Assembly (NCBI RefSeq): GCF_006345805.1
Contig: NC_042998.1
Coordinates: 199,950,001-200,014,000 of the forward strand
Direction: 5' to 3'
Origin: Octopus sinensis
Taxonomy: Eukaryota
DNA length: 64,000 nucleotides
Shown in pieces: positions 27,594-40,510 of this stretch. A program made the position numbers and the translations under genes. The number at the start of each line of letters is the position of its first letter. Positions within the stretch are counted from its first letter, which is position 1. The notes beneath the pieces are model-generated. The model was not told the origin of the DNA and did not search any database. It saw nothing but the letters and a program-made list of their open reading frames with translations.

Positions 27594-28351
27594 CTGTGTG
27601 TGTCTGTGTGCGTGTGTGTATGTACATATGCAGGTGCGCTTGCGTGTCTGTATTTGCGTATGCATATCCAAATACATATTCCCAATATAGATTTTGGAAA
27701 AAAAATATAAAAGAATACTAAAATCATTCGTGAACATTGAATAATTTTGAAAGCATCGGTAACTAAATACAAAATTTGGTTTTTAAATAAATATTCGGTA
27801 AGGGAAGATAATTATTGTTATTGCTTACAGCGCTTACTCTGTTATTGCTATAGTATATCAAGTACTTTTGAGGTTGTTGCGAATGTTTCTTTGGTGGTGT
27901 TTCCCTTGTTCATTATACATCTGACATTTATTCTCGGAGATATTCTTATTGTTTTATGGTGTTTGTTTACGCAGTTGTTTTCGCTCTTCCTTTATATCGT
28001 TTATTAAATAATATTTCTGTTCCTTTGGATATATCTTCACTGTACTAGGTTTGCTCTCAGAGTCAATAATAGCCATATTGGCGTTTCTGTTGTTGAAATA
28101 GTTAATAAATTAGAATGCAATTAAAATATCAGAATCGGAAGAGAAGGATATAAAATACTCTGTACATTTTTCAACGTACGCAGTGTGCTTGCACATTTTC
28201 CTTCTTTTGTCCATTCCTTCATTTATCCTCCTTTGTTATCATTCTTTGTGTTTCGATCTCACTTCTTCGTCGCTTGTTTATTCACTATTTTTCACTAAAT
28301 AATATCTTAAAACTAAGATATGATTTAAGATTTGACTCGGCTAGTATATCT

Positions 28352-28583
28352 TATTTTTTACTGTCCACAAGGGCCTGCACACAGAGGGGACAAACTAGGA
28401 CAGACAAACGGATTAAGTCGAATAAATCGACCCCAATGCGTAACTGGTACTTAATTTATCGACCCCGAAAAGATGAAAGGCAAAGTCGACCTCGGCAGAA
28501 TTTGAACTCAGAACATAACGACAGACGAAATACCGCTAAGCATTTTGCCAGGTGTGCTAACGTTTCTGCCAGAGCCCCGCCTT
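28352..28583 (-). mobile_element. SINE family C (full length)
   Basis: Reverse complement of the family C consensus from AAGGCGGGGCTCTGGCAG to the tail. Confidence 0.9.
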
Positions 28584-28595
28584 GAAAAATATAAA

Positions 28596-28787
28596 TATTG
28601 ATTTCTACTCAAGGTACAAGGCCCCCAAAATTTTTTAGGACAGAAGGACAATCGATTAGATCGACCCCAGTATGCAACTGGCACTTAATTTATCGAAGCC
28701 GAAAAGGACGAAAGGCAAAGTCGACCTCGGCGGAATTTGAACTCAGAACCTAACGACAGACGAAATACCGCTAAGTATTTCGCCCGA
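28596..28787 (-). mobile_element. SINE family C (alternative tail), 5'-truncated
   Basis: Same strand, about 12 bp from the previous copy; tail GGCCTTGTACCTTGAGTAGAAATCAATAT. Confidence 0.85.
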
Positions 28788-28799
28788 CAAGGAGAGAGT

Positions 28800-29140
28800 C
28801 ATGCCTTATTAATTAGTGTTTTTGATGAAGTTGCCTGTGATAGATTCAAAGACATGGTCACCAATGTTTGGTGTAGGAATCTTGTAGAGCAATATGCATC
28901 TTACAATTTCACTGAAGGCATGTGGAAAATTTTAGTCTGTCCTGAAGAAGTGGGATTTTGCAATGCTTATTCAAGACAACTCTTGATTCTGATCGTACAA
29001 GTGAATGCTAACAAAGTAAATACAGAAGCAAGCTTCACAGAAAGTGTCCTATCTGTAGCAAAATGCATACAAACACATGGACTAAGATGGTGATTAGGTG
29101 TCCAGGGTTGAATACTCTCGAATTTAAAAAACTAAATACC
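28800..29140 (-). mobile_element. Decayed mariner transposase fragment
   Basis: Frameshifted minus-strand peptides GI*FFKF/FNPGHLIT, LNKHCKIPLLQD and IGDHVFESITGNF align by eye with mariner GIIHY.F.KPG..IT, LVNR..PILLQDN and TDYHFF..LDNF. Confidence 0.45.
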
Positions 29141-30059
29141 ACAAACATTAAATTAAGCTAATTCCTACTACATCATTCTTAAACTTTGAAAGAGGCAACA
29201 AATAAACATCATTCGATTTTCTCGCATCCGGACAAGATGCCGGAAGGCTATATTTCCGTTCCAATATTATCAGCAACACGGGTGTTCCCATCACAGCTGT
29301 TGCAAAGAAAAAATGATACTCAATTTGGTGAAGTTGTGAATGTGTGCGAATGTGTTCCCAACAAATTGTTTCCTTAACTTACTAGAGTGAAGATGCAATT
29401 CACTTTACTGAGATGGATAAATATATTAATTTTATCGACATGCACCCTTATCATAATACCAATGTCTCTGAAGAGCACCCAGAAGTAAACTATATTTTTT
29501 AGTTGTAGGTTATATATAGGTTATATATACACTAAGTTTCGTGGGTTATATATAGGTTATATATACACCATGATCTTTAAACCACTTTCGGTTGTGTTTG
29601 ATGATACTTTATATATACTACAGCATGGAATGTCTGTAAAGAGTAACTAATAATCAATTGGATATGTAACAAATAATCAACTCAAAATATAATGAAATAC
29701 CGAAAGAAAAAATGTTGGACAAGTAATGATTTGATATTAAAACGTGAAAATTTTAACGAATATCATGTCACTATGTAAGACACTTTAAACACGTAGTTCT
29801 TCTAAGTTTAATATTATTAGTTGTGATTTCTTATATTCCACTGTGTTTATTTTTATTAAAAGAGAGTTTACAATATATTTGAAATTGTGTTCGAAGTTCA
29901 AATTAATAAAAGATGCGCGGAAAGCGAAAAAAAGTGTAGTTAAATTGCAACATATATGAATTGACAAACGTGTGCAACTTGGAACCTGTCACTCCTACCT
30001 TTTCCCACATCATTCCTAATACATGCCCTCTTGCATCAGCTTTTCCTGATATAATATCC

Positions 30060-30520
30060 ATTATTTGATACATTTTCTAGAGTCACCCATATTTTGAGAT
30101 GATCACTGTTGAAGAACACTTTTCTCTCCTGTCTCACATTTCTTTCCATGTGAAACAGAAAAGTGGCTCACCATTCGTCGCACTGTCTATTTTACTCAAG
30201 CACAGATGAACCCTACTCACGTGACTTTATTAAAAGAAGGCTAGGGGCCGGTTTTCAATGTGAGTTTAGCAAATAAGGTGAAACACTGTGCATGAAATAA
30301 CAGTGGTTCGGCATAGTTTCCCAGCTCAGTAGTGCTCATGTATTGCAGCAGTGAGTGCATAAGACGTCTGTGGATCTGCTTGCATGACGGACAGTTCTGC
30401 GCGACAATTCGGTACCTGTAGATATCTCTCGTACCCGTAGTGCCACAAGATATTTCTTTCATGAGTGACATTTAGTGACAACAGTGGCCACTGGAGCAGC
30501 GGTAACAGCGACATTAACAG
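30060..30520 (-). mobile_element. L1/Tx1-like LINE ORF2 C-terminal remnant
   Basis: TRDIYRY..NCPSCKQIHRRLMHSLLQY resembles a degenerate CxxC..H..C zinc knuckle. It is followed by a stop-riddled stretch ending KNVRQERKVF..KIWV. Confidence 0.5.
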
Positions 30521-31232
30521 CACTAGACAAATTACATGTAAAAAAAAAAGAATCCTTCACACCATTCACAACACTGTTACTACTTGGAAAAATTTCAAGA
30601 CAAAAAATATCGGTTCCTTTCCCGACATAAATGGTCAACTTTACTGGAGCTGGATAACAGGAGACTCCAAATTTTGAACTATTATGACAAATTAGGAGCA
30701 TATTTCTTGAGTACCCATATTTGTTTCAGCATATTTGTTTGAGTAACGTAAGGATACTCAAACTAAAGATATTATCGCTATCGTAAATATCTTTAAAAAA
30801 ATTCTGGTTTAATATATTTTCGACACTATCCTATCTGTCCGTATAATTACTATTTAGACTCTTTTTCTTACAAACAGATTATCATATTTGAAAATCCTAG
30901 CAGAGGAGGCTTTTAAGGTTTTTGACTTGACATCACCTTAGGGTGAACTTTTTTCTGTTACCATTGATACAGCCATTTTAAATGCGAACAATGTGACAGA
31001 TTCTCTCTCGTAGAATATACAATGTCAAAAGAAAATGTCAAGACAAAATGTTTCAGTTCCAGGAAAATTTTCTAGTGGCTCACATTAACGGTAGTTAAAA
31101 ATATAAAAGGAATGAAACACTTTCTGCAATTAAATGATGTAAAATCAAATATTGTTGGTAGAACTATTGACAGAGGCGGTTAACAACAAAGAAAAGTAGC
31201 ACAAGTAATTTATAATAATAATAATAATAATG

Positions 31233-31329
<97 letters not shown>

Positions 31330-31522
31330 GGACTTACAACACCAGGACTTACAAACACTTATAACATACAGAAAATTGCACTACTAGGCATTGCACACAT
31401 CCTACGCAAAACACTTTCAATACAGTAACCATCAGAGCATCACAACAAATCACAGCACATACCCAAGGCACACAGAGCTGTGCTCGGTAGTGAAGTGAAA
31501 GCACACTATAAAAATAAAACTA

Positions 31523-31525
<3 letters not shown>
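31330..31525 (+). mobile_element. R4/Dong-clade non-LTR retrotransposon 3' end, copy 1
   Basis: Encodes TPGLTNTYNIQKIALLGIAHILRKTLSIQ*, matching the QK..LLG.AHILRK C-terminus of restriction-like-endonuclease LINEs. Sits inside (TAA)n, the known Dong target. Confidence 0.8.
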
Positions 31526-31575
<50 letters not shown>

Positions 31576-31583
31576 TGATAATA

Positions 31584-31631
<48 letters not shown>

Positions 31632-31824
31632 GGACTTACAACACCAGGACTTACAAACACTTATAACATACAGAAAATTGCACTACTAGGCATTGCACAC
31701 ATCCTACGCAAAACACTTTCAATACAGTAACCATCAGAGCATCACAACAAATCACAGCACATACCCAAGGCACACAGAGCTGTGCTCGGTAGTGAAGTGA
31801 AAGCACACTATAAAAATAAAACTA

Positions 31825-31827
<3 letters not shown>
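31632..31827 (+). mobile_element. R4/Dong-clade 3' end, copy 2 (identical to copy 1)
   Basis: 196 bp identical to 31330-31525, including the 5' junction; period 302 bp. Confidence 0.8.
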
Positions 31828-31880
<53 letters not shown>

Positions 31881-31978
31881 TGATAATAATAATAATAATG
31901 ATAATAATAATAATAATGATAATAATAACAATAATAATAATAATAATGATAATGATAATAATAATAACAATAATAATA

Positions 31979-32029
<51 letters not shown>

Positions 32030-32403
32030 TAATAATGAGAAGAAGGAACAAGAGGAAGAAGAGAAACATGAAGAAGAGGACGAATTAATAAGACGAAGAA
32101 CAAAAAGCAGCAATAGATAGATAAATAAATAGATAGATAGCTGAATAGATAGATTGACAGAAATTCATTTAAAGATATAAAATAGGTAATTAGATGGAGA
32201 GGAATACGTTTGAAGAAATAAGCGGGAAAATATTATAGTGGGACAGTTATTTGTCAGTAATTTGACTGGTGCATTAAGGAATTGTAGGATATCTCTTACC
32301 TTCATAGAACATATCGTGCTTCATGGAACAGTCTGAACGCTAGAATGAAAAAAGAAAGAATGCACCATTAGAACAAAATGTAATGGCGAGAAAAAAAATT
32401 ATG

Positions 32404-32444
<41 letters not shown>

Positions 32445-32504
32445 TACATCTATATAAATTTATACATACGTATCTAACTGCTTTTGCTCTTTCACTGTAT
32501 ATAT

Positions 32505-32855
<351 letters not shown>

Positions 32856-33348
32856 ACGAATATTTTGAAAATTACAGCCAGCGAATCTAGTTAATGCACA
32901 AAACTGCCATTTTGCTCCCCATCAATAAAACACCACCACGTGGACTCTGTTGAGACTAGTAAGAAACAATTATGAACTTTTTTATTACACGTAACTTTTA
33001 AAAATATTTTTGATAGGGTTCGTTTTTTTATGAGGGGCCCAAACATGTAAAATCTCTAAGAAAATTAAAATATATATATATACAGAGAAAGAGAGAGACA
33101 GTTAGGTACATATGTATGTCTATCTATATAGGCAACATAGACAATGGGGTCAAGTTATCCATGGTAAGAATATAGGGAACGTTCCAGCACTGCCACGAAA
33201 TCCTTTCACAGAAAGAAGTGAAAGGAAGAAATGTTCAATTATGTACGCAAATACACATCAAGTCACAGACATCGCACACACATATAGTTATGCACGAATA
33301 CACATACATGTATTCATACAAACACACACACACATATATGTATGTAAG

Positions 33349-33389
<41 letters not shown>

Positions 33390-33721
33390 ATGTGTGCGTG
33401 TGCGTGTGTGTGTGCGTGTGTGTATGTGTGTGCATACATAAATGTGTATATATACTTTAGAGCTGAATCTCTTTTGTCATCATGATGTTATGATGTCCTG
33501 CATATCTGACGAAATAGTATCTTTAATGCTTTAATTTGTTTTATATAGTAATTACGTTGCATGATGCCGAGCATTCATATAAATGCAAGCGTGTAATCAT
33601 AGTTTCTTTCACTCTGAAAGCATTATTGTACGGAGTTGCGAAACGGCTGTAATCCTAAGGGTTTCCAGTCGCTAGATAAATATATTCACCCCTAATACCA
33701 CCTGAAATTTTATTGTGTGAT

Positions 33722-33772
<51 letters not shown>

Positions 33773-33899
33773 ATACGTGTGCGCGTATATATATGTGTAT
33801 GTATGTATGGTGTGTTGTGTGTATGAATGTGTTTCTTCATAGATGTCCCAATTTCTGTAACCTCTACATTTTTCTATTTGAATATGTGAAAGACAGAGA

Positions 33900-33937
<38 letters not shown>

Positions 33938-34329
33938 GAGACAAAGAGAGAAATAAGGAGAAAGAGAGAGTTAAAATGGGTAGACAGAGAGTAGCAGAAA
34001 CATCTTCAGTGTTATTCCATTTCAACTCTCTGGCTTACTGCATATATTTCTATTACTGCAAATAAACGCTATAACTCTCATTTCCACGAAATTGCAAGTA
34101 ATTGCATATAAAGCATTTCGTTCACCATTTACACAAACAGAACCGGAATTCAGCACACGTACACTAAACATCCCCAACTACACAAATTTACTAATTTCGT
34201 GACAGTGAACGCTGTTGCGGTTTCATAAAGTAGTTTTGTGAGTTTTAACAAAGATACAATGACATCGAACTTGCACTCCTGGACATATGTATCATTGTAG
34301 TGTTCTTGTAGTCATGCCTATGAACTTAT

Positions 34330-35387
34330 ATCAATATGCATGCATACATACATACATATATTCATACATACATACATACAGACATACAAACATACAAACA
34401 TACATACATACATACATACATACGTACATACATACATACATACATACATACATACATACACACAACATACATACATACATTCATTCATTCATACATACAT
34501 ACATACATACATACATACATGCATACATACATACATACATACACACAACATACATACATACATTCATTCATTCATACATACATACATACACTCATTCATT
34601 CATACATACATACATACATACATACATGCATACATACATACATACATACATACATACATTCATTCATACATACATTCATTCATACATACACACATACATA
34701 CATACATACATTCATACATACATACATACAAACATGCATGCATACATACATACATACATACATACATTCATACATACATACATACATACATACACTCATT
34801 CATTCATACATACATACATACATACATACATACATGCATACATACATACATACATACATACATACATACATTCATTCATACATACATTCATTCATACATA
34901 CACACATACATACATACATACATACATACATACATACCCATTCATCATACATACATACATACATCATACCACATACATACATACATACATACATTCATTC
35001 ATACATACATACATACATACATACATGCATACATACATACTACTAACATACAAAATACATACATACATACATACATACATACATCATACATACATAACAT
35101 ACATACATACATACACATACATACATTCATACATACATACATACATACATACATTCATACATACCATACATACATTCTTCATACATACAAACATACATAC
35201 ATACATACATACCACACATACATACATACATAACATACATGCATTCATACATACATACATACATACATACATACATACATACATACATACATTCATACAT
35301 ACATGCATACATACATACATACAACACAACATCATACATACATACATACATACATTCATACATACATGCATACATACATACATACAT
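34330..35387. repeat. ~1.06-kb (CATA)n microsatellite with CATT/CACA variants
   Basis: Directly visible; source of the HTYI ORFs. Confidence 0.97.
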
Positions 35388-35689
35388 CGTGAGTGCAACA
35401 CTCCGACCAACAGGTCAAGCGTTCTCATTTATATATAACTGATGATGAGATGACTGAAACAAATAAAAGAATAAAAGAATGCATATAATTATATATATTT
35501 TTCTGTGTGTAAAGTAGCAGTTTTAGAGAAAAACCATGGGATTCTTATCTCGCGTGAAATAGGCATATCTTCTATTTCTCTAGACGAGAAGTGTTCTCTG
35601 CAAAGAAATTTTTCAAAATCACAAGTATTTCGGTGATAGGTGAAAAAATTACAGCCGGCGAGTTGTCTTCCTTCGCTTGATAGCTTGGT

Positions 35690-37080
35690 TTTCCAATTTT
35701 GAAGTAAAAATTTCCGAAAATGTGGACAACTTCCCACGGCTTCCGTTCTGGATTTCAGGCAGCCTCTAGGTCATGTGAGTTCCAGTGGATTATTTTTTAT
35801 GTCATACACAATTTACATCGTCGTGTTCCATTGCGATAATGTCCATAAGTATCTAGTAATTTCCACTTGATGCTAAAGGGCGTATGATCGTCTTTTAGGC
35901 GCCATACGTATGCTGCAAGTGTCGATGTGTTGCGTCTCTCCGGGACCCTGAAAGAAGATCTGTGGTTGTTCAGGCGAATTTTACATTTGGATTCAGAAAA
36001 TCCGACATAAATTTTAGTGTGTGTCCCTGTGTGGGCATGGATGTTACTGATATGTGTGCTGCTTCTGTTTGAGGCTACCTTTGCTTGGTACCCTGTAGCC
36101 TCGGTGTTCATTTCTAATCCTGCATGAACAACTTGCCTCTGTCCGTGGTTTAGGAGGGCTAAGTCAACCTTTTGTTAACATTGGATGCACAACAGAAAGA
36201 GATCCTTAAATTATGTCTGTTAAAGATCTTTCTATATTTGTGTGATTGCGTGAAATGCTTATCAACCAACCTAAGAAAAATCTAACATACGCATGTCCGG
36301 ACGTTTAAGGAGAAGTGGGAGAGCGAACCATAAGGTCTTGCGGTGGCGTTTCCTTTTATAGTTGCTCGATCCTGGTGTTTATACTATATGGTCCTTGAAT
36401 CTACTGGCCGGTAGGGACTCATTGTAAGCGGGAGCCGCTGCTTGGAAAACAGCTTTACTTAAAGATAAGATAAAAATCCCTTTAATGATACCTTTTATTA
36501 GGTTTTTGAACTATATGGGTGGGTGGAAGGATGCTGTTATCATGCATGATAGCCTATCATTCGGGTTGCGGTATGGACTGTTGGTACCACTGTCTAAATC
36601 GAGCGGGACATCCAAGAAGTTCACCATGGTGATGTTAGTCTCTATGGAGATTTTTAGGTCAATGTCCCATCCCTCGCGATGTCGAAGGAACATTCAGTGT
36701 CAGATCGTTTGACCCAGGTTCAAACCTGGTTGAATAGCACCGTTTTGCTAGCGTGCACAATTATATCTATTTTTCTATGTCGGTAACTCGTCTAGCATAT
36801 ACTAATGTCCTATCAAGTAACATTTTCGATATCGATCGATAAAATTCTGGTATGTCAAATTGGTTTGAAACCAATGTAACAACTCGATTGTGTTACGCTA
36901 TAAAGAGAAATTAGATGTCTTCCTTATGTCTTTATTAAACCTTATCAGGATGTGTTTACTCACCACTCCGATTTCTGATTTGGCAGGGTTAATTAGGCGG
37001 CAGTTAAGGTTAGAAGCAAAGTTCACTTTGTGATCCTTTCTCTATATTTTATAGCATATTTTATATGCTCTTTTTCTGAT
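35690..37080 (-). mobile_element. Penelope-like element, degenerate RT plus GIY-YIG endonuclease, internally deleted
   Basis: Minus-strand peptides in order: [112 protein letters not shown]. Confidence 0.88.
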
Positions 37081-37216
37081 TTATGATCTGATAACGTAGA
37101 TATAATTATATATACATATATACATGTATATGTATGTATATATATATATATATATATATAATTATATATACATATATACATGTATATGTATGTATATATA
37201 TATATATATATGTGTA

Positions 37217-37248
<32 letters not shown>

Positions 37249-37334
37249 ATATATATATATATATTATATATATATATACATACATATTTATTTATGTATG
37301 GATATATATGGATATATTTCTATATACATATATT

Positions 37335-37413
<79 letters not shown>

Positions 37414-37572
37414 ATATATATAATATATATAATATATATTCATATATATGTATGTGTGTGCATGCGTTAATAACGAATTAAAAGTTATATTCGGTAAACA
37501 TTAACGTTCGCACATACCTAGTGTATAAACAAAGTGTGTGAGTCTTGTTTAAACAAGACTCATGACATTATT

Positions 37573-37611
<39 letters not shown>

Positions 37612-37612
37612 G

Positions 37613-37645
<33 letters not shown>

Positions 37646-37686
37646 CGATACTACTACTACTGCTGCTGCTGCTGCTACTACTACTA

Positions 37687-37722
<36 letters not shown>

Positions 37723-37735
37723 TACTTCCTCTTCA
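37573..37735. repeat. (CTA)n/(CTG)n trinucleotide microsatellite
   Basis: Directly visible. Confidence 0.95.
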
Positions 37736-38013
37736 TCAACATCTTGTTTCCCAATCTATTTAATAGAAAGAGATCTAGAAGATTGCAGGTATCAGTAGCG
37801 TCAAAACATCCCGTCAGTATGACGAACAATTCTCCTGTATCGAATTTTTAACCCCTGCTGAGCCTTTCCTAAATAGTAGTGTCTATTTGGCATGGAGTGT
37901 TGTCTAGGTTAATGTGATCTGTATCAATATATATGATAGAAAACTCAGTGGCCTTATCAACTAGCGATATTGATATATACGAATGATAGTCTACACTATC
38001 AAACTGTAAATCG

Positions 38014-38160
38014 CATCATCATCATTGTTCGACCGTGGTCGAGACAATGGAGTTTCCTATGTTACGCCCGACTTCACGGTTCGTCGTAGCATTACGGAGT
38101 TCCCGTTGCTGGATGCCTGTATCTCTGAAGATTACATCAAGGTAAATCTAGGCCTTTGCT
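38014..38160 (-). mobile_element. RTE-clade LINE 3' end
   Basis: Minus strand DVIFRDTGIQQRELRNATTNREVGRNIGNSIVSTTVEQ* followed by a (TGA)n tail; terminal hairpin TCGACC-ac-GGTCGA. Confidence 0.65.
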
Positions 38161-38499
38161 TCTCCTTTGAATTCTAAAAACTAATTTATTGCAGGCTTGC
38201 TATTATTCCATTGTTGTAGTATAGAGGTCTCACTGGATCTGATATTCATATTCCTGCTGTCCAAATACGAAGAACATCATTACCCATAAATACCACCAAG
38301 AGCCAACTCCCAGTTGTAATTGTCGATATACTGGCGCTTACCCACTTGACCAGGCGTGTATGATAAACTATGTCGTATATGATGCAGAAGCAACGGCAAC
38401 ATCATACGATAACCACACCGAAAAGAAGAATGAAATCGGGTTATGCAAAGGTGTCTTCTATAGATTTTATGCTACCCGCCTATCTAGTGTTTATCTAGT

Positions 38500-38663
38500 G
38501 TTTATCCTTCACCACTGTTTGGCAACCGATGCTAGTGTGTTTACGTCTCCCTAATTAGCGGTGCTTTGAAAAGCGAGCGGTGGAATTTAACAAAATAAGT
38601 ACTTGCGTCGATCCATTTGTCCCAGCATGGCCCAAACCTAATTACTGAAACAAGTAAAAGAAT
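38500..38663 (+). mobile_element. SINE family A, diverged 3' half
   Basis: GGCAACCGATGCTAGTGTGTTTACGTC..CAGCATGGCC..ACTGAAACAAGTAAAAGA. Confidence 0.75.
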
Positions 38664-38701
38664 ATGTGTGTGTTTGTGTGTGTGAGTGTATGCGTATGTA
38701 T

Positions 38702-38942
38702 AAATACCTATTTCTTTACTACCCACAAGGGGCTAAACACAGAGAGGACAAACAAGGTCAGACAAACGGATTAAGTCGATTACATCGACTCCAGTGCGTA
38801 ACTGGTACTTATTTAATCGACCTCGAAAGGATGAAGAGCAAAGTCGACCTCGGCGGAATTTGAACCCAGAACGTAACGGCAGACGAAACACGGCTACGCA
38901 TTTCGCCCGGCGTGTTAACGCTTCTGCCAACTCGTCGCCTTA
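38702..38942 (-). mobile_element. SINE family C (full length), copy in duplication unit 1
   Basis: AAGGCGACGAGTTGGCAGAAGCGTTAAC head to AAAGAAATAGGTATTT tail. Confidence 0.9.
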
Positions 38943-39091
38943 GTGTGTATATAAATACAAAGAAAGACAGATACACAACGCACTGCGCACACACACTTAT
39001 ACACATGTGTGTATGTCTCTGTGTGTTTTTCTTTGTGTATGTGTATATGTGCGTGTGTGTGTGTTGTGTGTGTGAGTGTATGCGTATGTAT

Positions 39092-39332
39092 AAATACCTA
39101 TTTCTTTACTACCCACAAGGGGCTAAACACAGAGAGGACAAACAAGGTCAGACAAACGGATTAAGTCGATTACATCGACTCCAGTGCGTAACTGGTACTT
39201 ATTTAATCGACCTCGAAAGGATGAAGAGCAAAGTCGACCTCGGCGGAATTTGAACCCAGAACGTAACGGCAGACGAAACACGGCTACGCATTTCGCCCGG
39301 CGTGTTAACGCTTCTGCCAACTCGTCGCCTTA
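39092..39332 (-). mobile_element. SINE family C (full length), copy in duplication unit 2
   Basis: Identical to 38702-38942. Confidence 0.9.
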
Positions 39333-40114
39333 GTGTGTATATAAATACAAAGAAAGACAGATACACAACGCACTGCGCACACACACTTATACACATGTGT
39401 GTATGTCTCTGTGTGTTTTTCTTTGTGTATGTGTATATGTGCGTGTGTTGTGTGTTGTGTGTCGTGCCTCTGTGTATTGATATGTACCTGAATGTAGAAT
39501 GAAAGTTATTACTCAGCTTATCCATCATTATCTCATGTCGATAAACAAATATTACACACGGGAAAGAATTATTGCCCGGTTATATTTAGTGAAATGTTGC
39601 ATAATATGTACGTTAATATGAACGAAATACAACAAAATTCCAACTAAAAAAATAAGAAAATATGACAGATTGTATTGTGACTGAGTCTACGCTCTATAAT
39701 TTTGACTATGTAGATACTGAATTAATTTTGAAATAATAAAAATAGAAAATCTTCCCATTTCTCCCTCATTTCTTATTCAGTATTGGTAACACTTTGCTTA
39801 CATTTCGTATATAATTATTCCCTCCTGGCTTTTATATTCTCAGCTTAGTTGCTGACTAATTGGAAATAGAAAATAAAAGAAAATAAAAATTAAAAAAAAT
39901 TGACGCATTAGGAGAAATCTTAGCCATTCAGATTTCAATATTAATCTGAAAGTTTTTAGATACAGGGCAAAACATACATGAAATAAGGAGGTAACTTAAA
40001 TATATTTATACTGGTTGACATCATCTACGTTATTTTAGTCATATCTTGCAGCTGAATTTTCTTTTTAGTTATAGAGTGTCGAAGGTATGTTGCAGAGGCT
40101 CGATGCTCTTTACT

Positions 40115-40510
40115 GGAATGGAATGGAAGCACTCCGTCGGTTACGATGATGAGGGTTCCGGTTGATCCGAATCAACGGAACAGCCTGCTCGTGAAATGAA
40201 CGTGTAAGTGGCTGAGCACTCCACAGACACGTGCACCCTTAACGTAGTTCTCAGGGATATTCAGCGTTACACAGAGAGTGACAAGGCCGGCCCCTTTAAA
40301 TACAGGTACACCAGAAGCAGGAAGTAAGAGTGAGAGAAAGTTGTGGTGAAAGAGTACAGCAGGGATCACCACCATCCCCTGCCGGAGCCACGTGGAGCTT
40401 TTTAGGTGTTTTCGCTCAATAAACATTCACAACGCCTGGTCTGGGAATCGAAACCGCGATCCTATGACCTCGAGTCCGCTGCCCTAACCACTGGGCCATT
40501 GCGCCTCCAC
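40115..40510 (-). mobile_element. SINE family B (full length) with 14-bp TSD
   Basis: Head GTGGAGGCGCAATGGCCCAGTGGTTAGGGCAGCGGACTCG (TCG anticodon-like, tRNA-Arg related), (TTCCA)n tail. TSD CGA(T/A)GCTCTTTACT at 40101-40114 and 40511-40524. Probably the octopus OR1/OR2 group; not verified. Confidence 0.92.

Larger units (their letters stand above)
31203..32037. repeat. (AAT)n microsatellite interrupted by two retroposon copies
   Basis: Directly visible; source of the poly-Y/I/L ORFs. Confidence 0.95.
38675..39448. repeat. Identical 390-bp tandem duplication bounded by (TG)n
   Basis: 38675-39058 equals 39065-39448; the ORF track shows identical peptides 390 bp apart. Confidence 0.95.

Noticed and set aside
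29508-29568. 25-bp direct repeat GGTTATATATAGGTTATATATACAC with 36-bp period
   Set aside because: Low-complexity TA-based slippage duplication with no sign of function.
34287-35438. 383-aa and overlapping long ORFs (HTYI repeats)
   Set aside because: Stop-free (CATA)n microsatellite read-through. The same applies to the ORFs at 19064-19635, 31752-32113, 52752-53288 and 62897-63290.
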